This document shows positions 31,201-40,384 of a DNA stretch of 64,000 nt, one piece after another (positions within the stretch are counted from its first letter, which is position 1; each line of letters starts with the position of its first letter). The stretch covers positions 1,888,001 to 1,952,000 of the forward strand of contig OY969696.1 in assembly GCA_963702005.1 (NCBI GenBank). Reading direction: 5' to 3'. The notes beneath the pieces were generated by a model. The model made no database searches. It was not told the origin of the DNA and saw only the letters and a list, made by a program, of their open reading frames with translations. Origin of the DNA: Candidatus Aminicenantes bacterium (GTDB taxonomy: Bacteria; Acidobacteriota; Aminicenantia; Aminicenantales; JAFGBC01). The position numbers and the translations under genes are program-made.

Positions 31201-31270
31201 GGTCCTTCTGTCCTTGATCGCTACGCCGACGATCTATTACCTGATGATCTGCCGGCGCAAAGCCGACTGA
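28202..31270 (+). CDS. RND efflux permease (CusA/CzcA/AcrB superfamily)
   Basis: 1022 aa; NLMTLGG, GLVIDDAIVVVE, GIVAKNGIL, RRLRPVLMT. Confidence 0.92.
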   Translation: MSKDSALGRFATRHALPIVFISAALCLTGVYAALTLPSSVFPQTNFPRVVIIVDNGVMPADEMMATITRPIEEGMKDIPGVVTIRSATGRGSAEVNVFFNWKVDMIQSELYVLGRLSQIRASLPSTAEADVYRVTFSNFPIIGVSLTSPRRDLTKLWEIARYELKPRFLQIPGIARVDLMGGRTPEFHIVVDPLRLQAAGLTLTQVTEALNKNNLVTSTGLHEENRMLYLAVVDGRVHSIKDIENFPITVVGRHPVLIRDFARVVRGPEPVFNVVTADGQEAVLLNIYSQPDGSTLDIAKRLTADLKVFRAELPSDLKLVFFYDQSLLVRASVQSVWEAIIFGLVLSVLILYFFLKSWRTTFVAILVIPVTVLVTLISIKAAGLSFNLMTLGGIAAAIGLVIDDAIVVVEAIHTKRKSGRDRLTAIREAISEILRPLVGSTLTPVVVFIPLAFLAGVTGVFFRALALTMVVALLTSLVLAVALTPSLAAWLLRTRKDEPVGLHEEHGGPLLQRVIGIYERGVRIALKRPWLTIAVCAGVLLAAIALYRGLESEFLPPIDEGGFVIDYLTPPGTSLAETHRQLQYAEDIIRSLPELESYSRRTGSQLGLFITEPNNGDFVLKLRSDRKRTTAEILSELRHKLNAALPDIIWEFPGILGDVIGDLMYAPQPIEVKLFSTDTAYLKEKAPQVAERLGKISGVVDVFNGLIYTGPTISFRVRYVDAERFGLTAEDIAAAVNTAMLGQTASTVLEGDRVVAIRVKADPSGIDRLEKLRHLPLRAADGTLIQLSQVVDAVEEPGQLELRRDGFRQDVAVTARLEGRDLGSAMAEIRRALGKDETLPPGVIEYGGLYQQQQESFRNLMIVLLMAIFFVFTVLLLEFGSFYEPLAIVFGAVLAMFGTILALWITGTSLNVVSLLGAIIGVGIVAKNGILMLDFVKALRAQGLDLAEALVRSGRRRLRPVLMTSLAAALGMLPLAYGIGSGADMLKPLAIAVIGALCISVLLSLIATPTIYYLMICRRKAD

Positions 31271-31333
31271 GCCTTCTGAAGTAATCCCCCGATTTCGGGC
31301 CGCGTTTCCCGGATTCCTGGAATGCCGCCTAGC

Positions 31334-32386
31334 TCACTTTCCGAATTCCAGGACTTGGAACGTGCCCGGGACAATCGTCGGCCGGGGCCGCGGCTGTTCT
31401 TTCGTGGGGGCCGGAGCCGGCCCGAATTCCGCCGTCGCGACGAAGACATGGTGCGTCTTGGGGTCGAGTTCCATCGTCCGGGCGCGGGGGGCCGTGGTCA
31501 CGGTCTCAAGAACGCTGTACTTATCGGCCGATTCCTGCTTGACGACAGTCAGCGTCCCATCGCCGTTGGAGGAAAAGACCAGGCCTGCCCCGGCATCGTA
31601 GCGGACGGCGTCCGGGCCGCCCCCGATCGGGACGGTCGTGACGACTTTCCCGTTTTCATAATCCGAAACGACCATAACCGCGTCGCAGACGCTGAACAAG
31701 CGCTTGTTCTTGAGGTCGATGGCCAGTCCGCTCGGGCCCTCGCCGGGCGCGATCGACCACCTCTTTTTGACCTCGAGCGACTTGGCGTCGAAAACGACGA
31801 TTTCGCTCTTGTCCTCGTTATTGACGAAGATGGTGCCCTTGCCGTCCGTGACGGCGAACTCGGGCTTGCCGCCGAGGTCGACGGTTCCCACCACCTTGTC
31901 CGTGGCCGCGTCGATGGCCGTCGCGTTCGCGGACCGGCCGTTGAAGGTGAAAACCCGGTCCGAGAAGGCGTCGTACATGATGGCGTCCGGATTCTGCCCC
32001 GAAGTGGGGATCTCCTCCAGGACCTTGTGGGTCCCGAGATCGAAGACGGAGACGCTGTCGCCCCGCCCGTTGGAGATGTAGCCGCGGTTTTTCTCCGGGG
32101 CGAAGGCCACGCCGTGGACGCCCTTGAGGCCGGTGATGGCCTCGCCCTTGACGCCCGTATCGACGTTAAGGATTTCAACGGCGCCGGAGTGCGTCACGTA
32201 GAGAAGGCGCGTCCGGCCGTCTAGGGCTAGGTAATCCCAGCCGCCCTCGCCGCCGATCAGGTGCTTCTTGAGAAGGTGATAGCCGGACGGCTTCTGCGCT
32301 TGAGCTGCCGCAAAGCCCGCCATCGCCACCGTCAGAATTAAGACCAGACCGACCCGAAACGATTTCATCTTTGTGATACCTCTCAT
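31334..32386 (-). CDS. YncE/YVTN beta-propeller protein
   Basis: GGEGGWDYL, GVHGVA, NPDAIMYD, LGGKPEF, ARTMELD; signal peptide. Confidence 0.85.
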   Translation of the reverse strand: MRGITKMKSFRVGLVLILTVAMAGFAAAQAQKPSGYHLLKKHLIGGEGGWDYLALDGRTRLLYVTHSGAVEILNVDTGVKGEAITGLKGVHGVAFAPEKNRGYISNGRGDSVSVFDLGTHKVLEEIPTSGQNPDAIMYDAFSDRVFTFNGRSANATAIDAATDKVVGTVDLGGKPEFAVTDGKGTIFVNNEDKSEIVVFDAKSLEVKKRWSIAPGEGPSGLAIDLKNKRLFSVCDAVMVVSDYENGKVVTTVPIGGGPDAVRYDAGAGLVFSSNGDGTLTVVKQESADKYSVLETVTTAPRARTMELDPKTHHVFVATAEFGPAPAPTKEQPRPRPTIVPGTFQVLEFGK

Positions 32387-32437
32387 TTTATTTTACTCCT
32401 TTCGTTAGATCCGGACCATTTTGCCGTATGTCTTCTT

Positions 32438-34600
32438 TCAATCGGTGTTGAAATACCAGACGAATTTGATCATGGCCACCGTCTTGTTCAGCCGCCAGTT
32501 TCCATGAGGGTCGAGCGTGTCGCCGAACTGGTTGAGGACGAAATAGAGCGAGGCGCCGGGCTTGGGGATCCAGGTCACGCGGAAATTGAAGAAGACCTCG
32601 TTCGCGTCGTTGTTCCATTGGGCGAAAATAGCGCCGAAGAGCTTGGGTGTCAGGGAAAAATTCATCCGGCTCACGACTTCGTCGATGGCGAACCCGCCGG
32701 CCGGGAGCTTGATATCGTTGCGTCGATAGGCCAGGCTCAATCCGTAATACTTGCTCGGCTTCCAGGACAGGTTGGACTCCCATTCCGAGCTCGACCCGTC
32801 GTAGAATGTCCCCCAATTGACGCCGGCGCTCAAAACGAGCGGGCGTCCGTCGAACGTCCCGAACTGGATTTCGCCCCGGTTGGTCCAATAGCGGCCGGCC
32901 CGAATGACATGCCCTTCCCGGATCTCGAAATCTTCGGTCAGGTCTTCGGCGTTGCGCTGGATGTTGATCTCCAGCATCTCGCCGCTCTTGAAGAACACGG
33001 CCATCGGCCGGAATTCCATGTAGACGGACTGCATCTCGCGGGTCCGGTCGTCGATATAGTAGTTGATGTCGAGCGGCTTGATTTGGAGCCTTTGGATCCA
33101 GGGCCAAAAGCCCGGCCGGGGGTTGATGCGCCATCTCGCCGTGTATAACTGGTAGCCCGTCCGGCTCAGAAACCCCACCTCAGGGTTGAAGTCCTGACCG
33201 GTCCGTTCCCAAGAGGCGCTGAACTCCATCCTGTCGTTGGGGTAACTAAAATAAATGCGATGGGCGCTTCCGGAAGCGTCCTCCCGGTCGGACGTATAGG
33301 TGGCGGCAAACGCGCCTCCCATCTGGAAATTCTTGTTGCCGAACAGCCTGGCGGTCGAGTAGAGGAAGTCCAGCCCGCCCGTTCCGTTGAACCGGCCCGC
33401 TTGGGCGGCCCCGATGGCGAGCAGGCCGACCGACGATTGCCTTCCGACGTCCTGCCGGTAGCGAATGATGGAGAACGTCGTCGCTTGGGCCGTGTCCGTG
33501 GTCCCGGTCTGGAGGGCCATGACGCCGAGTGTTGTTCCGCTTAGCTTGCCGAGAAAACGGGCGCCTCCCAGAATGGGCGTGAGCTGGTCCTGGTAGATGC
33601 CGATCCGACGGCTGTAAAACGGCCGAGCCCTCCCCAGCGGAAAGTCGAAGAAATTCTGGGCTTCGAGAAAGAACTGCCGTTTTTCCGGGAGGGAGACGGA
33701 GAATCGGGTCAAGTTGACGATCAGGTCGTCCGATTCGACCTGGGCGAAGTCCGGATGGATCGTAAAATCAAGCTTGACCGTCGGGTTGACGAGGTAACTG
33801 AAATCCAGCCCGAGGCTCCCGACGGTCGTCGTCGAATGGAGCCGCTCTTTCTCCGCCCCGGCCAGAGCGTAGGGTCTGAACTCGAAGACTCTCATCCGGG
33901 TCAGGTCCTTGAGCCCCGTCAGAGATCCCGCCCGGGTGACCTGGACGATCGAGGAATCGCGCGACCATCCTTGCCAGAGGACTTGCTCGCGCTTGCGCCG
34001 GATGTTCCGCTCGAAATTAATCCCCCAGGTCTGCTCGTTCGCCGCGCTGAATTTGAGGGTCGAAAAAGGAATTTTGATTTCCGCGAACCAGCCCTTGTCC
34101 GTCCGCGCGGCGGCCACGTACCAAACTCCGTTCCAGTCGATGTTAATTCTCCGGTTGTTGTCCACGACCAGGGCATCGTATTGGGCGCCGTTGGGATTCG
34201 TGGCGAAAAAATAGGCATTCCGTTTGTCAGCGTAGGTGTCGAGGACGAAGATGAAGTTGTCCTCCACCCCGTATTCGAAGTCCCACTTCATCTTATGGGC
34301 GATGATCTTGTCCGGCTCGGAATCGAAACACCAGACGCCGATATAGAGCTCGGTCCGGCTATAGAGGACGGCGACCTCGGTCTTTTCCGTAGGCGGCGCG
34401 TTCAGGGCGAGCTCGCGCTGGGCGAAATTGGAAATATGCTGGGCTTTGGCCCACTCCGGCTCGTCCAGGATTCCGTCCAGCTTGATCGGGAACTCGATCT
34501 TGAGGGCTTTGACGGCGTCGGGGCGGCTGCGCTGGGCGCCAAGAGGCGAGACGCCAAATAAGAGGATAAGAACGGCAAGTCCCAGGGGATAAATCTTCAT
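32438..34600 (-). CDS. DUF5916 protein with CBM9-like N-domain
   Basis: IKLDGILDEPEW, HPDFAQVESD, PEKRQFFLE, FYSRRIG; start chosen at MKIYPL (signal peptide). Confidence 0.85.
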   Translation of the reverse strand: MKIYPLGLAVLILLFGVSPLGAQRSRPDAVKALKIEFPIKLDGILDEPEWAKAQHISNFAQRELALNAPPTEKTEVAVLYSRTELYIGVWCFDSEPDKIIAHKMKWDFEYGVEDNFIFVLDTYADKRNAYFFATNPNGAQYDALVVDNNRRINIDWNGVWYVAAARTDKGWFAEIKIPFSTLKFSAANEQTWGINFERNIRRKREQVLWQGWSRDSSIVQVTRAGSLTGLKDLTRMRVFEFRPYALAGAEKERLHSTTTVGSLGLDFSYLVNPTVKLDFTIHPDFAQVESDDLIVNLTRFSVSLPEKRQFFLEAQNFFDFPLGRARPFYSRRIGIYQDQLTPILGGARFLGKLSGTTLGVMALQTGTTDTAQATTFSIIRYRQDVGRQSSVGLLAIGAAQAGRFNGTGGLDFLYSTARLFGNKNFQMGGAFAATYTSDREDASGSAHRIYFSYPNDRMEFSASWERTGQDFNPEVGFLSRTGYQLYTARWRINPRPGFWPWIQRLQIKPLDINYYIDDRTREMQSVYMEFRPMAVFFKSGEMLEINIQRNAEDLTEDFEIREGHVIRAGRYWTNRGEIQFGTFDGRPLVLSAGVNWGTFYDGSSSEWESNLSWKPSKYYGLSLAYRRNDIKLPAGGFAIDEVVSRMNFSLTPKLFGAIFAQWNNDANEVFFNFRVTWIPKPGASLYFVLNQFGDTLDPHGNWRLNKTVAMIKFVWYFNTD

Positions 34601-34732
34601 GATGAGATTCCGGATAGTCAGCCCAGGGGCGGGGCATCCGTCCTCGCCCCTGGGTATGGTCATCCGCTTCGGCGCCAATGAATTTTTCGTTGTCGCCGTT
34701 GAGGCCTTTTTTTTCCGCTCCGAAACCGGAAA

Positions 34733-35701
34733 TTATTCGATGATCTTCCCGGAGGGGTCGATCGTCACGCCCTTCTTCTTGTCTTGGACCTGGATCTTCA
34801 GTTCAAACAGCTTCTGATCGCCCTTGGTCAGCGCTTCGGCCTTGAGGATTTTAGAGCCGGGATAGGCCTTGGCGAGCGCTTGTTGGACGGCAGCGGGCAA
34901 TCTCTCCGGGAGGATGGCTTCCTCGATCTCGGCGGCCTTGCCGTCGGCCGTATAGAGAAGATCGCGGTTGAGCTTCCCGTCGACGCTTTCGACTTCGTAG
35001 TAGGTTATGCCTTTTTCCGTTTCTTTGCTCGTCCCTTTAATCACGGCGTTGGGGTAGGACGTTTTAAACGCGGAAAGGACGGCCGGGGGGAGAATCTTCA
35101 GGTCCAGGGCGGCGCCTTTACTTTCCTCGGCTTCCTCTTCTTCTTCAGCCTCTTTTTTCTCGCCCATCTCTTCTTTTTTTTCGGCTTCCTTGGCATGCCA
35201 CTTGGGTCCTTCTACGACCGTGCCGTCGGGCGCAACTTGGATTTCGCCCCTCTGTTCGCCCTTTTTCAGTTCCGCTTCGTAGACATACTTGGGACTGGCG
35301 AGCTTGACGATCGTCCCTTTTTCGCCTTCCTTCTTGATCTCGGCCCGGACCTCGGACTTCTCGAGATGCTTGATGATCGTTCCCGGGGCGGCCTTCCGGA
35401 TGGCTACTGCGGCGGCCTTGGGAATGTCCTTCATCGCGGTGATCGTGGCGATGTCCATGACCGTTCCGTCCTCGGCCACCTCGATCTCGCCCCCCCTGGC
35501 CTTGAATTCGATGTCATAGAGCGTGATGCCGGCTTCTTTCTCCACGTCGACGGATTTGATCTCGGCGCTTGGGCAGTTCAGCTTGACCGCTTGGGCGACC
35601 GCGGGCGGAAGTTCGACCTTCGCCTGTGCCGCCGCCGTCAGCGCAAGGGCCAAGCCGATGAGCAAACCCAACACCATCCGGTTTGAAAATTTCAATTTCA
35701 T
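34733..35701 (-). CDS. Secreted PepSY-like (DUF2874-type) repeat protein
   Basis: Repeated LPPAV...P.A.IK..E.E.G...YEVE units joined by an E/K-rich linker; RBS gaggagg. Confidence 0.75.
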   Translation of the reverse strand: MKLKFSNRMVLGLLIGLALALTAAAQAKVELPPAVAQAVKLNCPSAEIKSVDVEKEAGITLYDIEFKARGGEIEVAEDGTVMDIATITAMKDIPKAAAVAIRKAAPGTIIKHLEKSEVRAEIKKEGEKGTIVKLASPKYVYEAELKKGEQRGEIQVAPDGTVVEGPKWHAKEAEKKEEMGEKKEAEEEEEAEESKGAALDLKILPPAVLSAFKTSYPNAVIKGTSKETEKGITYYEVESVDGKLNRDLLYTADGKAAEIEEAILPERLPAAVQQALAKAYPGSKILKAEALTKGDQKLFELKIQVQDKKKGVTIDPSGKIIE

Positions 35702-35725
35702 GGTATTCCTCCTCATTTCTTTAGC

Positions 35726-37069
35726 TTATTTCGGTAGAATAATCCGAAACGTGCTGCCGCGATTGTCTTCGCTCTCCGCTTCGATGCGGCCGCCGTTGGC
35801 CTCCACCGCCCATTTGGCGATGGAGAGGCCAAGCCCGGCCCCTCCGACGCGGCTGGGCCGGTCTTTTTCCACGCGATAAAACCGGTCGAAGATTCGGCTC
35901 CTATGCTCGACCGGAATCCCGGGACCCGTATCCGAGACTTCGATGGAGATAGCCCCTTCCTGGATGTTTAAGGCCACCGAGATGACGCCCGCTGGAGGCG
36001 TGTACTTGATGGCGTTGTCCAGGAGATTGACCAGGGCCAAACGCAGAGTGGCCTCGTCAATCCGTGAAACCGCCGGCCCCTTCAGCGTCAGTATCAGCTT
36101 CTGGCCTTTGTCTTCGGCCAAGGCCCGCATGTCCTCGACCGCCCGCTGGACGAGAGGGCCGACGTCAACTTCTTTGTGGCCGAGCAAGACACGGCCGCTG
36201 TCTGCCCTGGTCAACGTCAACAGGTTTTCGACCAAGCGGGCCAGACGGTCAACCTCTTCGAGCATGCTCCCGATACGGTCGCGGTAGGCGGCCGCGTCCA
36301 GATCTTCCTGAAGGGCGACCTCTCCGACGCTCCGGATGACGGTCAGGGGCGTCCTCAACTCGTGCGAGGCGTCGGCCGTGAACCGCCTCAATCGTTCAAA
36401 GGCGTCTTCGAGGCGGGACAGCATCACGTTGATGACGCCCGCCAGCCGGCCGAATTCGTCCCCGGGATTCTCCACGGGAAGCCGCGCCGACAGGCTCTCG
36501 GCGGATATCTTCTCCGCCGCGGCGGTAATCGCCGCCACCGGTTTCAGAAGCCGGCCGGCCATCACGAACCCGCCCAGCCCCGCCAGGGCCAGAGCGATGG
36601 GGAGGGACAGAAACAGGATGACCGCGAGCGTCCGAAGGGTGCTCCGGACGGGCGCCTCGTCCTCGGCCACCGTCAGGATGATATCAGGGCCGACCAGGCC
36701 CGTTATAAGGCGATAGGGGTCTCCCGACGGAGAGCGGAATGTCCATTTATCCGACGCCGGGAGCCGTCCCGTAAACGGCAGGCCGGATTTCTGGAAAGCC
36801 GGAGTTTGATAAAACAGCGTTCCGGCTTTAACAATCTGAAAGACCTTGACGGAGCTTTCGGTTTCGATTTCCGGGGTTTCGCCGGGTTCCTCCGTCAAAG
36901 CCTGGGAGACCGTCTTGAAATCCGTTTCCAAGCGCTGGCCGAGATTGCCGAAGAGGCTGGCTTTGACGAATAGAAAAACGAACAGGGAAAAAACCAGGAT
37001 GATTCCGGCCAGGATCAGCGAATACCAGAGGGTCAGCTGGACGCGAACGCTGGCCGGACGGAGCCTCAA
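35726..37069 (-). CDS. Heavy-metal-type sensor histidine kinase (CusS-like)
   Basis: Two TM helices, HAMP, FTADASHELRTPL, NLLDNAIKY, DTGPGI, GAGLGLSI. Confidence 0.92.
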   Translation of the reverse strand: MRLRPASVRVQLTLWYSLILAGIILVFSLFVFLFVKASLFGNLGQRLETDFKTVSQALTEEPGETPEIETESSVKVFQIVKAGTLFYQTPAFQKSGLPFTGRLPASDKWTFRSPSGDPYRLITGLVGPDIILTVAEDEAPVRSTLRTLAVILFLSLPIALALAGLGGFVMAGRLLKPVAAITAAAEKISAESLSARLPVENPGDEFGRLAGVINVMLSRLEDAFERLRRFTADASHELRTPLTVIRSVGEVALQEDLDAAAYRDRIGSMLEEVDRLARLVENLLTLTRADSGRVLLGHKEVDVGPLVQRAVEDMRALAEDKGQKLILTLKGPAVSRIDEATLRLALVNLLDNAIKYTPPAGVISVALNIQEGAISIEVSDTGPGIPVEHRSRIFDRFYRVEKDRPSRVGGAGLGLSIAKWAVEANGGRIEAESEDNRGSTFRIILPK

Positions 37070-37749
37070 GAGGTTTCCCCTGAGAGGATGAATCCCACTC
37101 CGCGCACGGTGCGCAGGAGTTTGCGCTTGAAGGGCTCGTCGATCTTCTTCCGGAGGCGGCCGATGTGGACGTCGATCACGTTATCCAAGGGCGTGGCCCG
37201 CTCGGTCTCTTTCCAGACCTCCCGGGCCAGCATTTCGCGGGTCACGACATGGCCTTGATTGCGCAACAGAAATTCGAGAAGCTCGAATTCCTTGGCCGTC
37301 AGCAAGATGGTCTGTTTGGCGCGGATGGCCGTGCGCGCGGCCAGGTCCATCTCCAGGTCGGCCAATTTCAACTTCAAGGCTCGATCGCTCCGGCCCCGCC
37401 TCAGCAGGGCCCTGATTCTGGCCGTCAGCTCGGGGAAGGCGAACGGTTTGACCAAGTAGTCGTCGGCCCCCAGGTCCAGCCCCAGGATTTTGTCTTCGAC
37501 CGCGTCCCTGGCCGTCAGGATCAGGACCGGCGTCCGGTCATGGGTCTTGCGCAGCGTCCGGAGGATCTCCAGGCCGTCCCGGCCCGGAAGCATCAGGTCG
37601 AGGATGACCAGGTCGAATTCCCGCGAGGAGAGCAAGAAAAATCCCTCTTCTCCGTTGAGGGCGACCTGAACACCGTAGTGTTCGGATTCCAGACCCTTTT
37701 GAAGGGCCAGGGCGACCTTCTTTTCGTCTTCGATGACAAGAATGTTCAC
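37066..37749 (-). CDS. OmpR-family response regulator (CusR-like)
   Basis: ILVIEDE, LDLMLPG, GADDYLVKPFAFPEL, NVIDVHIGRLRKKID, TVRGVG. Confidence 0.93.
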   Translation of the reverse strand: MNILVIEDEKKVALALQKGLESEHYGVQVALNGEEGFFLLSSREFDLVILDLMLPGRDGLEILRTLRKTHDRTPVLILTARDAVEDKILGLDLGADDYLVKPFAFPELTARIRALLRRGRSDRALKLKLADLEMDLAARTAIRAKQTILLTAKEFELLEFLLRNQGHVVTREMLAREVWKETERATPLDNVIDVHIGRLRKKIDEPFKRKLLRTVRGVGFILSGETS

Positions 37750-37773
37750 GGCCGGGGACCTCGGACGGCTACG

Positions 37774-37829
37774 AATATAACACCCGCCCGGGAATTTTGT
37801 TACTGAACTTATTCTGAAAAAAAATTCAG
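37774..37829 (-). promoter_or_regulatory. Putative autoregulatory operator and extended -10 of the regulator operon
   Basis: Minus strand ctgaa-N6-ttcag-N6-ttcag (37829-37803), 23 nt, then TATATT (37779-37774) preceded by TGn. Confidence 0.6.
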
Positions 37830-37849
37830 ACGGCGGGCGGCTCAGGACC

Positions 37850-38008
37850 TCAGAATAGGGTGTAGATGAAGGGGGCGATGGCGCTGCCCTCGGTCAGGAA
37901 GAGGAGGACACCGACCAGGAGGAGGACGACGATGACCGGAATCAGCCAGTATTTCTTGCGGAGGCGGATGAATTCCCACATCTCGCGGAGGACGCTCAAT
38001 TTGGCCAT
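37850..38008 (-). CDS. DUF5989/SxtK-like small membrane peptide (52 aa)
   Basis: MAKLSVLREMWEFIRLRKKYWLIPVIVVLLLVGVLLFLTEGSAIAPFIYTLF; RBS gggag. Confidence 0.85.
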   Translation of the reverse strand: MAKLSVLREMWEFIRLRKKYWLIPVIVVLLLVGVLLFLTEGSAIAPFIYTLF

Positions 38009-38021
38009 GGCTGTCTCTCCC

Positions 38022-38411
38022 TTAAAACTGTTTCTCGATATAATACCCTCCCGGAACATCCTCGTAGTAGGTGGGGAGGGCGGGGTCGGCCTTGACCGGC
38101 ATGAAGGACTTTCCGAACAGCCGGAGGACGAGGGCGATCGGGGTCAGCACGATGTAAAAGACGATCAGGCTGATCAATGTGAACAGGAACGTCCCCAAGG
38201 CGCCGGTCGCGATCATGATGAGCTTATAGGCGGGAAAGAAGAGCTTGGGGAGGGCGAGGAAGAGACCGGCCAGGGCGGCCTCGCCGGCCAGCCAGGGCAG
38301 GCGGGCGCCGACCTTGAAGCCGACCGGCTTGAGGGTCAGGAGGACGGCCAGGACGAACAGAATCGCCAGGAAGATCTTGACGCTCTTGGCTTTATAAACG
38401 ACCTTTTTCAT
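38022..38411 (-). CDS. SxtJ-family membrane protein
   Basis: Three hydrophobic segments, LIVFYIVLTPIALVLRLFGK, C-terminal EKQF; coupled to the carbamoyltransferase stop. Confidence 0.75.
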   Translation of the reverse strand: MKKVVYKAKSVKIFLAILFVLAVLLTLKPVGFKVGARLPWLAGEAALAGLFLALPKLFFPAYKLIMIATGALGTFLFTLISLIVFYIVLTPIALVLRLFGKSFMPVKADPALPTYYEDVPGGYYIEKQF

Positions 38412-40231
38412 CAGTCGAGGGGGAACTCCTTCATCCAGCTCTCGTCGACCCGGATAAAATCCTGCTCCTGTTTTTCGATCAGGAAGGTGTCGAGGACCAG
38501 TACGTCCATGTTGGTCCTCATGAAACAGCGGTAGGCGTCCTGGGGGCTCTGGACGATGGGCTCGCCCCGGACGTTAAAGGAGGTGTTGATGATGACCGGG
38601 CAGCCGGTCCGCTTGTCGAACTCCTCGATGACGGCGTGATAATAGGGATTGACCTCTCGGGCGACGGAATGGACGCGGGCCGAGAAATCGACGTGGGTGA
38701 TGGCCGGCACGACCGAGCGCCGGACGGGGAGCTTATCGAGGCCCTTCCGGGCGCGATCGGCCTCGGACAGCGGAAGGCGCTTGTCCTGGCGGACGTTGTA
38801 GACGAGGAGCATGTAGGGCGTCGGGTCGCCGTAGTCGAACCAGTCCTTGAGCTTTTCCTCCAGGACCGAGGGCGCGAAGGGACGGAACGATTCCCGGAAC
38901 TTGATCTTGAGGTTCATCTTGGACTGCATCTCGGACGAGCGGGCATCCCCCAGGATGCTCCGTGCCCCCAAGGCCCGAGGGCCGAATTCCATCGGTCCCT
39001 GGAAGAATCCGACGACCTTGCCCTGGTCGATGAGCCGGGCGACTGTCCCGGCCATCTCGGGCCGCGGGAGCTCGCGGTGGGCGATCCGGTTTTCGTCCAG
39101 GAAGGCCTTGATCTCTTCCCGGGAATACGAGGGTCCGAGAAAGGAGCCTTTCTGGAAGTCCCGTCCCGGGACCGGAGTCCTCGGGTTTTTAAAATGCTGA
39201 TACCAAACGACCAAAGCGGCTCCCAGGGCGGCGCCGGCGTCGCCGGCGGCAGGCTGGATCCATATGTTTTTGAAGATCCGGCTCTTGAGGATCTTGCCGT
39301 TGGCGACGCAGTTCAAGGCGACCCCGCCGGCCAGGCAGAGGTTGTCGGAAGGGGCAAGAGTTTTGGCATAGCGGGCGATCTTGTCCATGGCCTCTTCCAG
39401 GATAACCTGGATCGAGGCCGCCAGGTCCATGTCGACCTGCCGGATTTCGGTCTCGGGCTTGCGGCGCGGGACGCCGAACAGCTTCTCGAACCGGGCGCCG
39501 GTCATGGTCAAGCCGGTCGCGTAGTTGAAGTACTTGAGGTTGAGCCGGAAGGAGCCGTCCTCGCGGAGGTCGATGAGCTCCTTGAGGATGAGGTCCTTGT
39601 AGATGGGCTCGCCGTAGGGGGCCAAGCCCATGAGCTTATACTCGCCGGAGTTGACCTTGAATCCCGTGAAATAAGTGAAGGCCGAGTAGAGGAGGCCGAG
39701 CGAGTGGGGAAAAGCGATCCGCTTCATGATCCGGAAGCCGTTCCCCTGGCCGTGCGCGATCGTCAGGGTCTCCCATTCGCCGACGGCGTCGATGGTGACG
39801 ACGGCGGCATCGGGGAAGGGCGAAGGATAGAAGGCCGCGCCGACGTGGGATTCATGGTGGGTGGGGAAGAGGACCTTGAGGTCTTTGCGCTTGAGTTCGT
39901 TCCGGATGATGTCGGCGATGAAGATCCTCTGCTTGGCCCAAACCGGGACGGCCTTGAGGAAGCTCCGGACGCCGCGGGGCGCGAACTGCATGTAGGTCGA
40001 AAAAAGGCGGTCGAGCTTCCAGAGGGGCTTCTCGTAGAAGACGGCGTAGTCGAGGTCCTCGGTCCGGATCCCGGTCGATTTCAGGCAGGCTTGGAGGGCC
40101 AGCTCCGGGAATCCGGAGTCGTGTTTTTTCCGGCTGAAGCGCTCCTCTTGGGCGGCGAAGATGACCTCGCCGTCCTTGACCAGACTGACGGCGCTGTCGT
40201 GGTAAAACGCTGATATTCCGAGGATGAGCAT
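38411..40231 (-). CDS. O-carbamoyltransferase, NodU/CmcH/TobZ family
   Basis: ILGISAFYHDSA, AAQEERFSRKKHD, HHESH, FPHSLGLLYS, GEYKLMGLAPYG, AGGVALNC, EFGPRALGARSIL, KFRESFRPFAP, NTSFNVRGEP. Confidence 0.95.
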   Translation of the reverse strand: MLILGISAFYHDSAVSLVKDGEVIFAAQEERFSRKKHDSGFPELALQACLKSTGIRTEDLDYAVFYEKPLWKLDRLFSTYMQFAPRGVRSFLKAVPVWAKQRIFIADIIRNELKRKDLKVLFPTHHESHVGAAFYPSPFPDAAVVTIDAVGEWETLTIAHGQGNGFRIMKRIAFPHSLGLLYSAFTYFTGFKVNSGEYKLMGLAPYGEPIYKDLILKELIDLREDGSFRLNLKYFNYATGLTMTGARFEKLFGVPRRKPETEIRQVDMDLAASIQVILEEAMDKIARYAKTLAPSDNLCLAGGVALNCVANGKILKSRIFKNIWIQPAAGDAGAALGAALVVWYQHFKNPRTPVPGRDFQKGSFLGPSYSREEIKAFLDENRIAHRELPRPEMAGTVARLIDQGKVVGFFQGPMEFGPRALGARSILGDARSSEMQSKMNLKIKFRESFRPFAPSVLEEKLKDWFDYGDPTPYMLLVYNVRQDKRLPLSEADRARKGLDKLPVRRSVVPAITHVDFSARVHSVAREVNPYYHAVIEEFDKRTGCPVIINTSFNVRGEPIVQSPQDAYRCFMRTNMDVLVLDTFLIEKQEQDFIRVDESWMKEFPLD

Positions 40232-40384
40232 CGACCTTGTATAAACTAAATCCCGGCAAAAATCAATAGGGCAGGTCTCGGGGCAGGATGGCTCGAAGGC
40301 GCGTTCGCTTTCCCCAGCACGGAGATGCTGCCTATAGCTGGAGGCTTATTGATTCAGGGTGGTATTTCTCCTAAAATACGCCGT

